32,000 nt of DNA from Aquifex aeolicus VF5 (lineage in GTDB: Bacteria; Aquificota; Aquificia; Aquificales; Aquificaceae): assembly GCF_000008625.1 (NCBI RefSeq), contig NC_000918.1, positions 150,001 through 182,000 on the forward strand, given 5' to 3'. The notes beneath the pieces were generated by a model. That model was not told the DNA's origin, did not search any database, and saw only the letters and a list, made by a program, of their open reading frames with translations. Each line of letters starts with the position of its first letter. Within the stretch, counting starts at the first letter, position 1. Made by a program: the position numbers and the translations under genes. Shown in pieces: positions 17,377 through 26,408 of the stretch.

Positions 17377-17571
17377 TTAAGGTGATATTTCTACCCTCCC
17401 ATTATCGTCGTAAATGTACAGCTTTCCTTCCTCTTCGTCTTTAGTCCTCTTGTGAGAACCGTCGCAGAAGGGGAACTTTTTTGAAAGTCCGCACTGGCAT
17501 ATGTAGTAAGTTTCTTCTCCCGCCTCCAGCTTGTAAGGCCCTTTTTCTGTGAACTTAACTAATCTTGCCAT
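17377..17571 (-). CDS. CDGSH iron-sulfur domain protein
   Basis: 64 aa. 'CQCGLSKKFPFCDGSH' matches the CDGSH [2Fe-2S] signature C-x-C-x2-S-x3-P-x-C-D-G-S-H. Confidence 0.8.
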   Translation of the reverse strand: MARLVKFTEKGPYKLEAGEETYYICQCGLSKKFPFCDGSHKRTKDEEEGKLYIYDDNGRVEISP

Positions 17572-17585
17572 GGCTCACACCTCCT

Positions 17586-18155
17586 TTATTGAAGATTTTT
17601 AAAAACTAAAAAATAGTGGTAGGGATATACGTCAAGGTCTTCTTCAAGGACAAAGCCGTTATCTTCCATAATCTCTATTGCTTTTTCTTTCGGTATCCTT
17701 TCCTCCAGAGGAGGTCCTGCAGGTGAGGGAAGGGGATGCCAGTCTATAACCACTATCTTTGCCGCAGGTTTGGAAATCCTCTTTACTTCAGATAAAAACT
17801 CTTTCGGCTTTATCAGTTCGTGAATAAGATTAGCCATCAGGACTCCGTCGGCGATCTCATCGGGTAGAGGTATCCTGTCCTCCTCACACTTCACAAATTC
17901 TATGTTCTCTATTCCTTCCTCTCTTGCCCTCATTTCACAGACTTCAAGCATTTTTTCTTCGAGGTCAACCGCGTAAACCTTCTTAACCCTCTTGGCGAGC
18001 GGGAGGGTAAAGTAACCGGGACCACAACCAAGATCTACCCAGACTTCATTCTCCGAAGGATTTACAGCCTTTAAAAATACTTCTACACTCTGCCACTCAG
18101 ACCTTTCTGGGTTCAGAAGAACTTCCCAGTTCTCTGCAGGGAACTTAAAAGCCAT
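17586..18155 (-). CDS. Class I SAM-dependent methyltransferase
   Basis: 189 aa. Motif I 'VDLGCGPGYFTLPLA' and a post-I acidic residue in 'VYAVDLEE'. Substrate unknown. Confidence 0.8.
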   Translation of the reverse strand: MAFKFPAENWEVLLNPERSEWQSVEVFLKAVNPSENEVWVDLGCGPGYFTLPLAKRVKKVYAVDLEEKMLEVCEMRAREEGIENIEFVKCEEDRIPLPDEIADGVLMANLIHELIKPKEFLSEVKRISKPAAKIVVIDWHPLPSPAGPPLEERIPKEKAIEIMEDNGFVLEEDLDVYPYHYFLVFKNLQ

Positions 18156-18370
18156 CAGCCTTCCTCCGACGTGTTATAGAGAAAGCCTATCACATCGCCC
18201 TTAACTATCCCGGGTCCGGGGAGCCTATTCCATACCTGAGGTAGAACGAGAGGTATTGAGAAGAGCGTTGCGTCTACCTGATGATGGAAAACCCACTTCA
18301 TATCCTTTATACCCGGAAAGAGACCGAAGAGTCCAAACCATTTGGCGTAAACTTCATCCAGAATTACCAT
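18155..18370 (-). CDS. Hypothetical small protein
   Basis: 71 aa. The stop overlaps the downstream methyltransferase start by 1 nt, suggesting translational coupling. No recognisable family. Confidence 0.35.
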   Translation of the reverse strand: MVILDEVYAKWFGLFGLFPGIKDMKWVFHHQVDATLFSIPLVLPQVWNRLPGPGIVKGDVIGFLYNTSEEG

Positions 18371-18490
18371 AGCCCAGCCACCCGTTTAAGAGGCAAAGAG
18401 AAAATTGCCCATCTCCTTGTACGCTTTAGGAAATTTAAGGATATACAGAAATCCTGTCAAGAACTGAATTTTTTGTAATATACTATCCTT

Positions 18491-18860
18491 ATGGAAACTA
18501 AGAGTTCTCCTGTGATACTCAACGGTAAGGAGTACTACTGTCCCGTTGAGCTAGTCATAGATCTTATAAGCGGTAAGTGGAAGCTATTAATACTGAAAGA
18601 GCTTATGTCCGGCACTAAGAGGTTCTCTCAACTTCAAAGAGCTATACCCGGAATCACCCAAAAAAAAAATGCTTACCAAACAATTGAGAGAACTGGAAAA
18701 AGCGGGTCTTGTTCGTAGAAAAGTCTATCCGGAAATTCCGCCGAGAGTGGAATATAGTTTAACAGAGCTCGGTAAAAGTCTTGAAGAAATATTCAACGCC
18801 ATGCACCGTTGGGGTGAAAGGTATATGAAGAGTATGAAAAACGAAACAAAGGAATTATAA
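18491..18860 (+). pseudogene. HxlR-family winged-helix transcriptional regulator, frameshifted in an A10 run
   Basis: Two overlapping ORFs (18491-18718 and 18669-18860) together give the full HxlR pattern: 'CPVELVIDLISGKWKLLILKELMSGTKRFSQLQRAIPGITQKK' then 'MLTKQLRELEKAGLVRRKVYPEIPPRVEYSLTELG'. The break is exactly at the A10 tract 18660-18669. With 9 A's the frame reads ...GITQKKMLTKQL... without interruption. Confidence 0.8.
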
Positions 18861-18874
18861 TTATTTATCTGGTA

Positions 18875-18966
18875 GGAAGGGTGGCCGAGCGGTCGAAGGC
18901 GCGGCGCTGGAAACGCCGTGTACCCCGTTTGGGGTACCGAGGGTTCGAATCCCTCCCCTTCCGCCA
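18875..18966 (+). tRNA. tRNA-Ser (anticodon GGA), encoded CCA
   Basis: Hand-folded. Acceptor GGAAGGG/CCCTTCC; D-arm GCC-GAGCGGTCGAA-GGC; anticodon stem CGGCG/CGCCG with loop CTGGAAA; long variable arm GTACCCC-GTTT-GGGGTAC; T-arm GAGGG-TTCGAAT-CCCTC; discriminator G; CCA. Confidence 0.9.
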
Positions 18967-18974
18967 TTCCCGCT

Positions 18975-19889
18975 ATGAAAATCAGGATTGGAACTAGGAA
19001 GAGTAAACTCGCCCTGTGGCAGGCGAATTACGTAAAAGATTTCTTAGAAAAACACTGGGGTGTTGAAGTAGAACTCGTAAAGATAACAACAACGGGAGAC
19101 AAAATTACCGATGTTCCCCTTGCAAAAATAGGAGGAAAAGGACTTTTTGTTAAGGAGATAGAAAAAGCGTTGCTCGAGGGTAGTATAGACCTTGCGGTCC
19201 ACTCCTTGAAGGACGTCCCTATGGTTATACCCAAAGGTCTGAAACTCGGAGCTATAACAAAGAGGGAAAACCCCTACGACGTTTTAATATCGCGAAGCGG
19301 AAAGAAACTTTATGAACTTCCCTCGGGTTCTGTTATAGGTACTTCTTCTCTAAGGAGACAGGTTCAGATAAAGAAAAGGAGAAGGGATTTAAAGGTAGAA
19401 GTCCTAAGGGGAAACGTGGACACTAGAATGAGGAAACTGAAGGAAGGACTCTACGACGCAGTAATCCTAGCATACGCAGGTGTAAAGAGGATGGGTTACG
19501 AAAGTGAGATAACGGAAGTGCTTGAAGACTTCATCCCTGCGGTAGGACAGGGCTCTCTCGCAATAGAAATCAGAGAAGGAGATAAAAGGATAGAGGAGTT
19601 AATAAAACCTCTAAACAACGAGGAGAGTTTTCTCTGCGCAATTGCGGAAAGGACGTTCTTAAGGAGGCTTGAGGGAGGATGTCAGGTTCCCGTGGGAGCC
19701 TTTGCTAAGATAGAAAACGGAACTCTTAAGATGAAAGCCTTTATATCTGACATTGAGGCTGAAAGGTATATAGAAGGGTATAGAGAAGGAAATCCCGAGG
19801 AGGCAGAAAAACTGGGACTTTCACTTGCAGAAGAACTCTTGAAAAAAGGCGGGGAGGAAATATTGAAGGAAATATACTCTTCCCAATGA
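18975..19889 (+). CDS. hemC: Porphobilinogen deaminase (hydroxymethylbilane synthase)
   Basis: '[17 protein letters not shown]' is the canonical HemC N-terminus. The longer ORF from 18918 runs through the tRNA, so I chose the ATG at 18975. 'RGNVDTR' and 'GGCQVP' (cofactor Cys) are present. Confidence 0.9.
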
Positions 19890-20539
19890 GGTTTTTAGGC
19901 TTTGGAATTTTCTCTCCCGAAGAGAATATGAAAATAGACGAAGAATTACAGATTAAACTTGAAAATGGAGAAATTGAACCCTGTTTTCGCCTTTATAAAT
20001 GGAAAGGAGTATGCGTAAGTCTCGGGAGAAATCAGGAAGAAAAGGAATTTCCAGTAAAAGTAGTGAGGAGACCGACGGGTGGGGGAGCACTTTTACACGG
20101 CTGGGATTTGAGTTTTTGTATAGTGGACTACAAAAATGGGAGAAATTTTATGAGATTTTACAGGGAAGTATCAAAAATGTTTTACAATATATTTAAAGAA
20201 TTCGGTGTAAATTTAAAGTTTGAAAGGAATAAATCTTATAGTCTTCAAACCTATTACTGTTACTTTTTCCCAACTTTTGGGGAGCTTAAAACCGAAGAGG
20301 GAAAGAAGGTAGTGGCTATTGCTATGAGGGAATTGAAAAACACATTTTTACTTCACGGAAGTGTTTACGTGGATTTTGATTACAATTATGCCTCGAAGAT
20401 ATTAAATGTCAAGGAAGAAGAACTCAGGAAAAGAGTTACTACGCTTAAAGAGTTAGGAATATCCGAAGAGGACTTTAAAACACTACTCTGTTCTTACCTG
20501 TCCTCTTTGCGAGGTAGAGCTTTTCATCCGCACACTTGA
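19886..20539 (+). CDS. Biotin/lipoate A/B protein ligase family protein (LplA/LipB/LipM-like)
   Basis: 217 aa. '[14 protein letters not shown]' is typical of the family. ATGA overlap with hemC. The last 65 nt overlap the convergent GGDEF gene. Confidence 0.7.
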
Positions 20540-21491
20540 TGTATTCTTCTGGAGATTTTAAGCCGTTGTATACATCCGAGCACACGCCCACGCTTATCGT
20601 TACCCTTATCTCCTTTCCCTGCCAGCATATAGGAGTATTTTCCACTTCTTTTCTGATTTTTTCTAAAATCCTCACTGCATCCTTTAATTCCGTCGAAGGC
20701 ATGAGTATTAAAAATTCTTCACCGCCGTACCTGAATACGTAATCGGATCTTCTAAGGTTCTTCTTAATAATCTTTGCCACTTCTTTTAAAACCTTATCTC
20801 CAAATAAGTGCCCGTATGTGTCGTTTATCTTTTTGAAGTTATCTATATCAACCATCGCTATTGAGAAGGGGGTCTCTGTGTATAGAGAAAGTTCTAGGAC
20901 GTCTCTCAGTATGTAGGGTAAAACTCTTCTGTTTAGGAGACCCGTAAGCGGGTCAACTTTTAGCGCTTTTGAGAAAGACCTTATCTGCTTCAGTGAAAGA
21001 AGGGAAATTGCCCTGTAAACGTTTTTCATGTACTCGGAGTAGTAAAGAAGTGCATTTATGAAGTCTTCTTTTTCCACGTTTTCTATTAATTTTGCCTTTA
21101 AGTCCTTCAGAAGGTTTAACGTATCCCTCAAAACTTTCTTGTATCTAATTCTTTTTCCTGATAAGGAAATATACGCATCCCTTTTTTCAAGATTTGTCAA
21201 ATCGTTTAAGCGGTTCCTGATTTTCTTTAAGAACTTGAGTTCCCTTCTGAGGAACTTGATATCCTCCTTTTTCTCCGATACCCTTTCGAGTTCTCTGATA
21301 AGAATATTACTAAGTATGTTTATGTCCTTTGAAATTTCCAGCTCGAGGAATTCCTTGGAAATCTCGTTCAGAATCTCCAGAGCTTCTCTCTCGTCTTTTT
21401 CTTTCAGTTTCTTCCAGATGTCGTAAAGGGTACTTCTCTCGAGTTTCCACCTGAGTTCGTCCGTTAAGATGTCGTAATACTTCCTCTCCAT
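20475..21491 (-). CDS. Diguanylate cyclase (GGDEF domain) with a coiled-coil N-terminal region
   Basis: 338 aa. Active site 'RYGGEEFLILM', and an I-site 'RRSD' 5 residues upstream. No TM segment or recognisable sensor domain. Confidence 0.9.
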   Translation of the reverse strand: MERKYYDILTDELRWKLERSTLYDIWKKLKEKDEREALEILNEISKEFLELEISKDINILSNILIRELERVSEKKEDIKFLRRELKFLKKIRNRLNDLTNLEKRDAYISLSGKRIRYKKVLRDTLNLLKDLKAKLIENVEKEDFINALLYYSEYMKNVYRAISLLSLKQIRSFSKALKVDPLTGLLNRRVLPYILRDVLELSLYTETPFSIAMVDIDNFKKINDTYGHLFGDKVLKEVAKIIKKNLRRSDYVFRYGGEEFLILMPSTELKDAVRILEKIRKEVENTPICWQGKEIRVTISVGVCSDVYNGLKSPEEYIKCADEKLYLAKRTGKNRVVF

Positions 21492-21561
21492 TTATTTTCC
21501 CTACTTTAAATATAATCATTATCAGGAGTAATCTTATGGATGTATTATGATAAAAATCAAT

Positions 21562-21577
21562 AAGTAATTAATTACTT
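21562..21577. promoter_or_regulatory. Perfect 16-bp palindrome AAGTAATTAATTACTT (candidate operator)
   Basis: Self-complementary over all 16 positions. It lies 19-34 nt upstream of the ATG at 21596, between -10-like TATTAT (21543-21548) and the GAGGT SD. Confidence 0.4.
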
Positions 21578-21595
21578 TCATAGAGGTAAAAAAGG

Positions 21596-22732
21596 ATGTT
21601 TTACGTGTCTAAGGTGACGCCCTTCTTTTTTGCTCTTGCCTTGTTGAATTTATTAATTTCTCTATTCATAAGACTCTCTCAGGATACTTCCCTTTTCTTC
21701 GTGAGCCTCGTCTTCGGATTTGTAGGACTAACCTTAATGGGAGCTATGTACCAGATAATCCCGAATTCCCAAAACAGAAAACTTTCAATACCCAAAGTCT
21801 CTTATCTCGTTTTCTTCCTTATTCTCGTTTCCTTCTACGAGTTTTACACGGGCAATACGGAAAGCGGTTCCCTTTTCCTGTTTCTGGGAAGTTTAATCTT
21901 TTTCTTTCACCTGCTTTTAAACGTTAAAAACTTCTATCCCTTAACCGTAAGGTTTTTACTCGCCTCTATGATTTACCTGGTTCTTTCAGCCCTTTTCCTT
22001 TACCTGCATTTTAAAGGCTTTTTACCCGTTCAACTCTCCGTTCATACCCTAACCGTAGGTTCTATGCTGAACGCCATTTACGGGGTGGAACTTGCCTGGA
22101 TACCTATGCTCATTATGGAAACTCTGAACATAAGAAAGGGAGAAAAACTCTTTACGGCAAAACAGGTGAGCACTTTAGCTCTACTTCTCGCCTTCTGGAG
22201 TATGAATTACAAATTAATCGCTTTAGCGGGACTCTTGGAGTTTGGTGTAGCGCTTTACTTTCTTTATCTGAATTACGAGCTATTCAAGAGGAAAAGAATG
22301 CCGACACCTCCTCCAAACGTTGTGAAGATATTCCTATTTGCCCTCTTATTCCTGCCTTTGGGAATGCTTCTGGGTATCTTTTCCGCATCGCACGCTCAAG
22401 CCCTTCCTTTTTCTTTACGTTTGCACCTTGACTTAATCCTTTACGGTTTCGGAGCCTTTACTATTTTCGGGGGAATGCTTCACCTCCTTCCGAGGATAGT
22501 CTGGAACTGGAAGGTTCAGGAAAAGGAAAACCCAGGGTTTACCATGGGCGATCTGGTGAACGAAAGGGAATTACAAACTTTCTTGGAATACTCAGCCCTC
22601 CTTTACGCCTTATTTTTGGCTGTTGATTCCCTTTTTTCTCCGCTTCACGTCATTTCCACAGTAGTTTACCTCGTGATAATGGCTCTATTCCTGAAGGAAA
22701 TACACAAGGCTTTCCTTTACATCTTTAAGTGA
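21596..22732 (+). CDS. Hypothetical polytopic membrane protein (about 11-12 TM segments)
   Basis: 378 aa, hydrophobic throughout, with several intramembrane His residues. No family recognised with confidence; an NnrS-like assignment is only a guess. Confidence 0.6.
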   Translation: MFYVSKVTPFFFALALLNLLISLFIRLSQDTSLFFVSLVFGFVGLTLMGAMYQIIPNSQNRKLSIPKVSYLVFFLILVSFYEFYTGNTESGSLFLFLGSLIFFFHLLLNVKNFYPLTVRFLLASMIYLVLSALFLYLHFKGFLPVQLSVHTLTVGSMLNAIYGVELAWIPMLIMETLNIRKGEKLFTAKQVSTLALLLAFWSMNYKLIALAGLLEFGVALYFLYLNYELFKRKRMPTPPPNVVKIFLFALLFLPLGMLLGIFSASHAQALPFSLRLHLDLILYGFGAFTIFGGMLHLLPRIVWNWKVQEKENPGFTMGDLVNERELQTFLEYSALLYALFLAVDSLFSPLHVISTVVYLVIMALFLKEIHKAFLYIFK

Positions 22733-22883
22733 TTTCCCTCCCTATTTTACTTATTTCATGAGCATAAAATAATTTTATGGAGGTTATTAGATACTTTCGG
22801 GTTTACGCAAGAGAAAAGTTCGGCACAATGGTCTGGATAACTCACAAATGGAAAAAGTAAATTATGAGTTACATTATATTATT

Positions 22884-23318
22884 ATGATATTTTCTGATAC
22901 AGTCAGGTACGCTCTTATAGCCTTGGCTTACTTGGCCTTGAACAGGGACAGGTTAGTAAAGGTTGAAGAGATAGCAAAAGTGCACAAGATACCACGTCCC
23001 TTTCTTGCAAAGGTCATGCACGAGCTCTCGAAAAGGGGAGTTGTTTACTCGGTAAAGGGACCAAGGGGCGGCTTTTCACTTGCAAAGGAACCTGACAAAA
23101 TCACTATATGGGACATTATAGAACTCTTCGGGGATGCGTATAAATACGAGATGTGCTTGCTCATGCCTCACAAGTGTAGTGAGTTTGCCGATAACCCGTG
23201 CATAGTCCACCACAAGTGGGAAGAACTAAAGTCACAAATACAGGACTTCTTTAAGGGGACAACTATCAAGGATCTCATCAACATAGAAGAAAAGCACCTT
23301 TTCCCCGTTTCCCGTTAA
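22884..23318 (+). CDS. Rrf2-family transcriptional regulator with a probable Fe-S-ligating Cys cluster
   Basis: 'MIFSDTVRYALIALAYLA' is the typical Rrf2 N-terminus, so I prefer the internal ATG at 22884 over 22848. It has a wHTH domain and 'CLLMPHKCSEFADNPCIVH' (3 Cys plus His). Confidence 0.8.
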   Translation: MIFSDTVRYALIALAYLALNRDRLVKVEEIAKVHKIPRPFLAKVMHELSKRGVVYSVKGPRGGFSLAKEPDKITIWDIIELFGDAYKYEMCLLMPHKCSEFADNPCIVHHKWEELKSQIQDFFKGTTIKDLINIEEKHLFPVSR

Positions 23319-23337
23319 AAAGTATAGAATCAGGAGT

Positions 23338-23826
23338 TTACTCTTCCTTATACTCCGCCTTAGATGTAGCCGTTTCCCAGAGAACTACCTTAACTACCTT
23401 TACCTCCCCCAGTAGTCCCGCTTCTTCAAGTCTTTTCTTAAGAAAGTCATAAAAGAACTTTGCAAGGGCTTCAGCGGTGGGACAAAACTCCACTGGAAAT
23501 ATCTTCATTGCTCCGTACTTTTCTGCAACATCTTTTAATTCAGGGTACATAGGGTCGTTTACGTCTATGATAAAACTGTGGTCTATCTCCTCTATTAAAC
23601 CCTTGAGGGCGTTCTTTACGTGGTAAAAGTCCATTACCATGTCCTGCTCGCTTAAGGTGTCAGAACCCACAGTAACTTCCAGCACATAACTGTGGCCGTG
23701 GAGGTTTACGCATTTGTTAACAGGTTTTTCCTTCGTAAATTGAGCACCTCTTCCATATGTGAGGTTCTGCTTCCACACCCTGTGTCCCGCTTCAAACCTG
23801 AAGGTTTTGCTTATTTCCCACTTCAT
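23338..23826 (-). CDS. queD: 6-carboxytetrahydropterin synthase / 6-pyruvoyl-tetrahydropterin synthase family
   Basis: 162 aa. 'FRFEAGHR' and 'CVNLHGHSY' (zinc His triad and catalytic Cys), as in the PTPS/QueD family. Confidence 0.8.
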   Translation of the reverse strand: MKWEISKTFRFEAGHRVWKQNLTYGRGAQFTKEKPVNKCVNLHGHSYVLEVTVGSDTLSEQDMVMDFYHVKNALKGLIEEIDHSFIIDVNDPMYPELKDVAEKYGAMKIFPVEFCPTAEALAKFFYDFLKKRLEEAGLLGEVKVVKVVLWETATSKAEYKEE

Positions 23827-23859
23827 GATATCTTAAAAAGATTATAAGGAGGTTTCGTA

Positions 23860-24678
23860 TTGTTTCCCGAAGTTATATCAGTTTTCGGACTGAAAATCAG
23901 CCTCTACGGAATTTTAGTAGCCTTGGGCGTTCTGGTGGGATACTTCTTAGTTCTAAAGCTAGCAAAAAGGGAAGGTCTCAATACCAAAGCGGTTGAAAAC
24001 ACCTTCATGATAGCGGTTCTCTTTGGAGTTATCGGAGCAAGAATTGCGTACATATTAGAGCACCCCTACGAGTTTCACTCCTTAGTGGACTTCCTCGCCT
24101 TGTGGAAGGGTGGCGTTTCCTTTTACGGAGGACTTATCGGTGGAATAATCGGGGCTTTAATAGGAATTAAGGTATTTAACCTACCTCTCTGGAAATCCGC
24201 GGACATAGCCGCTCCCGCGATAGCCTTGGCACACTTTTTCGGAAGGCTCGGGTGCACTTCCGCCGGTTGTTGCTACGGAAAACCCTTTCCTTACGCCACG
24301 AGCAACGAAGTAGGCATTCACTTTTCGGATAAATTTCCCTTCTTTTACGTAGTTTTCCCGAAAGGTGCGGTAGCACCTCCCTTTACTCCACTCTACCCAA
24401 CCCAGCTCATGGAAGCCTTCGGGAACCTTCTTATTTTCTTCGTCCTGCTTTTTGCCTACAGATACAAACCCTTCAGCGGTTTCGTGTTTTCCCTGTACCT
24501 TATGCTCTACGGATTTGAAAGGTTTTTCTTAGAATTCTTCAGGGGAGTAACCCCTCCCATTCCGGGCATAGGGCTTACGTGGAATCAGGTCGTTTCACTT
24601 GTATTAATCGCAGGCTCTATACTTCTTATGTTCCTCCTCAAGAACCAGAAAAGTAATGTGGTAGACTATGAAGTATGA
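23860..24678 (+). CDS. lgt: Prolipoprotein diacylglyceryl transferase
   Basis: 272 aa. '[12 protein letters not shown]', 'HFFGRLGC', and '[12 protein letters not shown]'. The start is TTG and is uncertain. Confidence 0.9.
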
Positions 24679-25886
24679 AAATAGCTTTCTTGAGACCCGG
24701 TAAAATAGGCACTCCCGCGAACCATGTTTACGCACTCCTTGATTACTTAAGGGAAAAGGGTGCGGAAATAAGAGAGTACGACCTGAAAGAAAGAGACGTT
24801 AACGATGTTGTAAAAGAAATTGAAGAGTGGAAGCCTCTATTCTTGATGGACGTAAACGCCACGGGTGTGATAGTTGCTGAAAGGGATGGTAAGAAGCACA
24901 TACTTGCGGATATCCTCGGTATAGTGCACGTGAGTGTGTTTTTCGAAGACCCTCTTCTCTTCTTCCCGGCCTTTGAAGGAGTGGAAAAGCCCCAGAACTA
25001 CATAGCGTTTATAACCGAGTTAAAACACACGGACAGTTTAACAGCCCTCGGTATACAGAACATAAGCTACATATCACCATTCGTGGATTTAAAACAATTT
25101 CCCGAATCCGAAGGGGAGAAGGATATAGAAATAGCTTTCGTGGGACCGGTTGTTGATCCCCAGATAATACTAAACTCCGTTTCCCAGAACTACCCTCAGG
25201 AGATTATGCCCTTCTTTATTGAAACCGGAGAGTTTATGTTCAGAAACCCTGAAGTTCACATCCTGACTGCGTTTAATTACGTCTTCGGGCTCTTTAATCC
25301 CCAGATGCAGGAACAGTTCAACAAGTGGAGAGAACAGAATCCCTCAGCTTTCATGAGGTTTCTAAACGACATAACCGCTTACACCACTATGAGGAGAAGG
25401 ATGTACCTCCTTCACTTTTTAGACGGTATGGATGTAAAGATCCTCGGTGATTATCAGGGCAACCTCTTTGAAAACCACGAAGCCATAAAGGTAAGTTCCT
25501 ACGAGCAACTCCTTAAGTACTACTCACGTTCAAACATAACCGTTTACGTGTCGCCTCAAACCTATCCAACGGGACTCAGCGTTATTCCCTTAGAAATCCT
25601 GTACATGGGAAGCCTTCCCTTAATAGACTTCAAAGGGGCTATCCCAGGCTTTTTAAAACCCGGTGAGGAGATAGAAACCTTTGCACCTCTCGACAGGGCT
25701 GATCTAGAAGAGAAAATCGTTTTCTACATAGAGGAGAACAGGGAAGGTATAAACGAAATAGTTCAAAGGGGTAAGAAGGCGGTTCAGGAAAGGTTCACCG
25801 TAAAAGACAGAGGGGAGTTCGTATACAACGTACTTTCGGATGTTAAGAGACAGTACGAAGCGGCGCAAAAGGGACAGGTCAATTAA
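24675..25886 (+). CDS. Hypothetical protein (possibly CgeB-like glycosyltransferase-fold protein)
   Basis: 403 aa, with an ATGA overlap with lgt. Only a general resemblance to CgeB/DUF3880-type proteins, and no catalytic motif I can name. Confidence 0.5.
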
Positions 25887-26328
25887 ATTTCTTTAAGAAT
25901 TCCTTTATAAACTTAAGGTTTTCCCTTTTTATCCCTTCCCTCTTTAATAACTCTTCTTCGTTTTCTATCAATTCCGTGGCTTTCTCCAGAGCTTTGTGAG
26001 GTTTGTCTTCAGGTTTGAGAATTCCTAAGGAGTAAAATCCGTAAAGAACCTTTACAGCGTCTTCCATAATCCCTTCCATCATGGAGTCAAAGTTGTACTT
26101 CCTGTAAACTTCCTTTCTCCTTTCCTGAGGCAGTTTTAAAAGTTCTCTCGCAAAGGCAAATATCTTTACCCATGTTTTTAAGGTGTTTTCCCACTCTTCT
26201 TTAGGTAGTCCTTCGAGTTCTATGTTTATGAAATTCAAGGTGTACTTTGCCACGTACTCCTTTGCCTCTTCTAAGCTCCTGAAGGGAAGTTCATCTCTCT
26301 TTAAAAAGGTGCTCAAATCAAGCTTCAC
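25879..26328 (-). CDS. Hypothetical protein
   Basis: 149 aa, helical and K/E-rich. No recognisable family. Confidence 0.45.
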   Translation of the reverse strand: MKLDLSTFLKRDELPFRSLEEAKEYVAKYTLNFINIELEGLPKEEWENTLKTWVKIFAFARELLKLPQERRKEVYRKYNFDSMMEGIMEDAVKVLYGFYSLGILKPEDKPHKALEKATELIENEEELLKREGIKRENLKFIKEFLKKFN

Positions 26329-26370
26329 CTTTCTCCTCCTTTATTTAAGATAAGTGTAACTCTTACATAC

Positions 26371-26401
26371 TGATATAATCTTCTAAAAACTTTAAAGGAG
26401 G
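26371..26401 (+). promoter_or_regulatory. Candidate extended -10 promoter and SD for the aminotransferase gene
   Basis: TGaTATAAT at 26371-26379, AAAGGAGG at 26394-26401, GTG start at 26409. Confidence 0.35.
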
Positions 26402-26408
26402 TAGCGGA

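Noticed and set aside
17220-17444. 74-aa + strand ORF (MNTLIFRQEIVLWKICVKICGKIVDNLWKKCGKK...)
   Set aside because: Its W/K/C-rich repetitive sequence is simply the translation of the phased TGTGGAAAA DnaA-box array. It has no SD and it overlaps the CDGSH gene on the other strand. I treat it as non-coding origin sequence.
18725-18967. 80-aa - strand ORF, and the 18918 start of the hemC ORF
   Set aside because: Both run through the tRNA-Ser gene (18875-18966). The hemC family N-terminus ([16 protein letters not shown]) begins at the ATG at 18975.
18860-18980. The tRNA-Ser as a possible genomic-island integration site
   Set aside because: There is no integrase, no duplicated tRNA 3' end and no obvious compositional break on either side. 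The flanking genes are ordinary housekeeping genes.
22848-22883. Upstream ATG giving a 12-residue N-terminal extension (MEKVNYELHYII) on the Rrf2 regulator
   Set aside because: Rrf2 proteins begin directly with the M-x-(L/F)-S-x-x-x-x-YA helix, so the internal ATG at 22884 fits the family. The extension cannot be excluded without experimental data.
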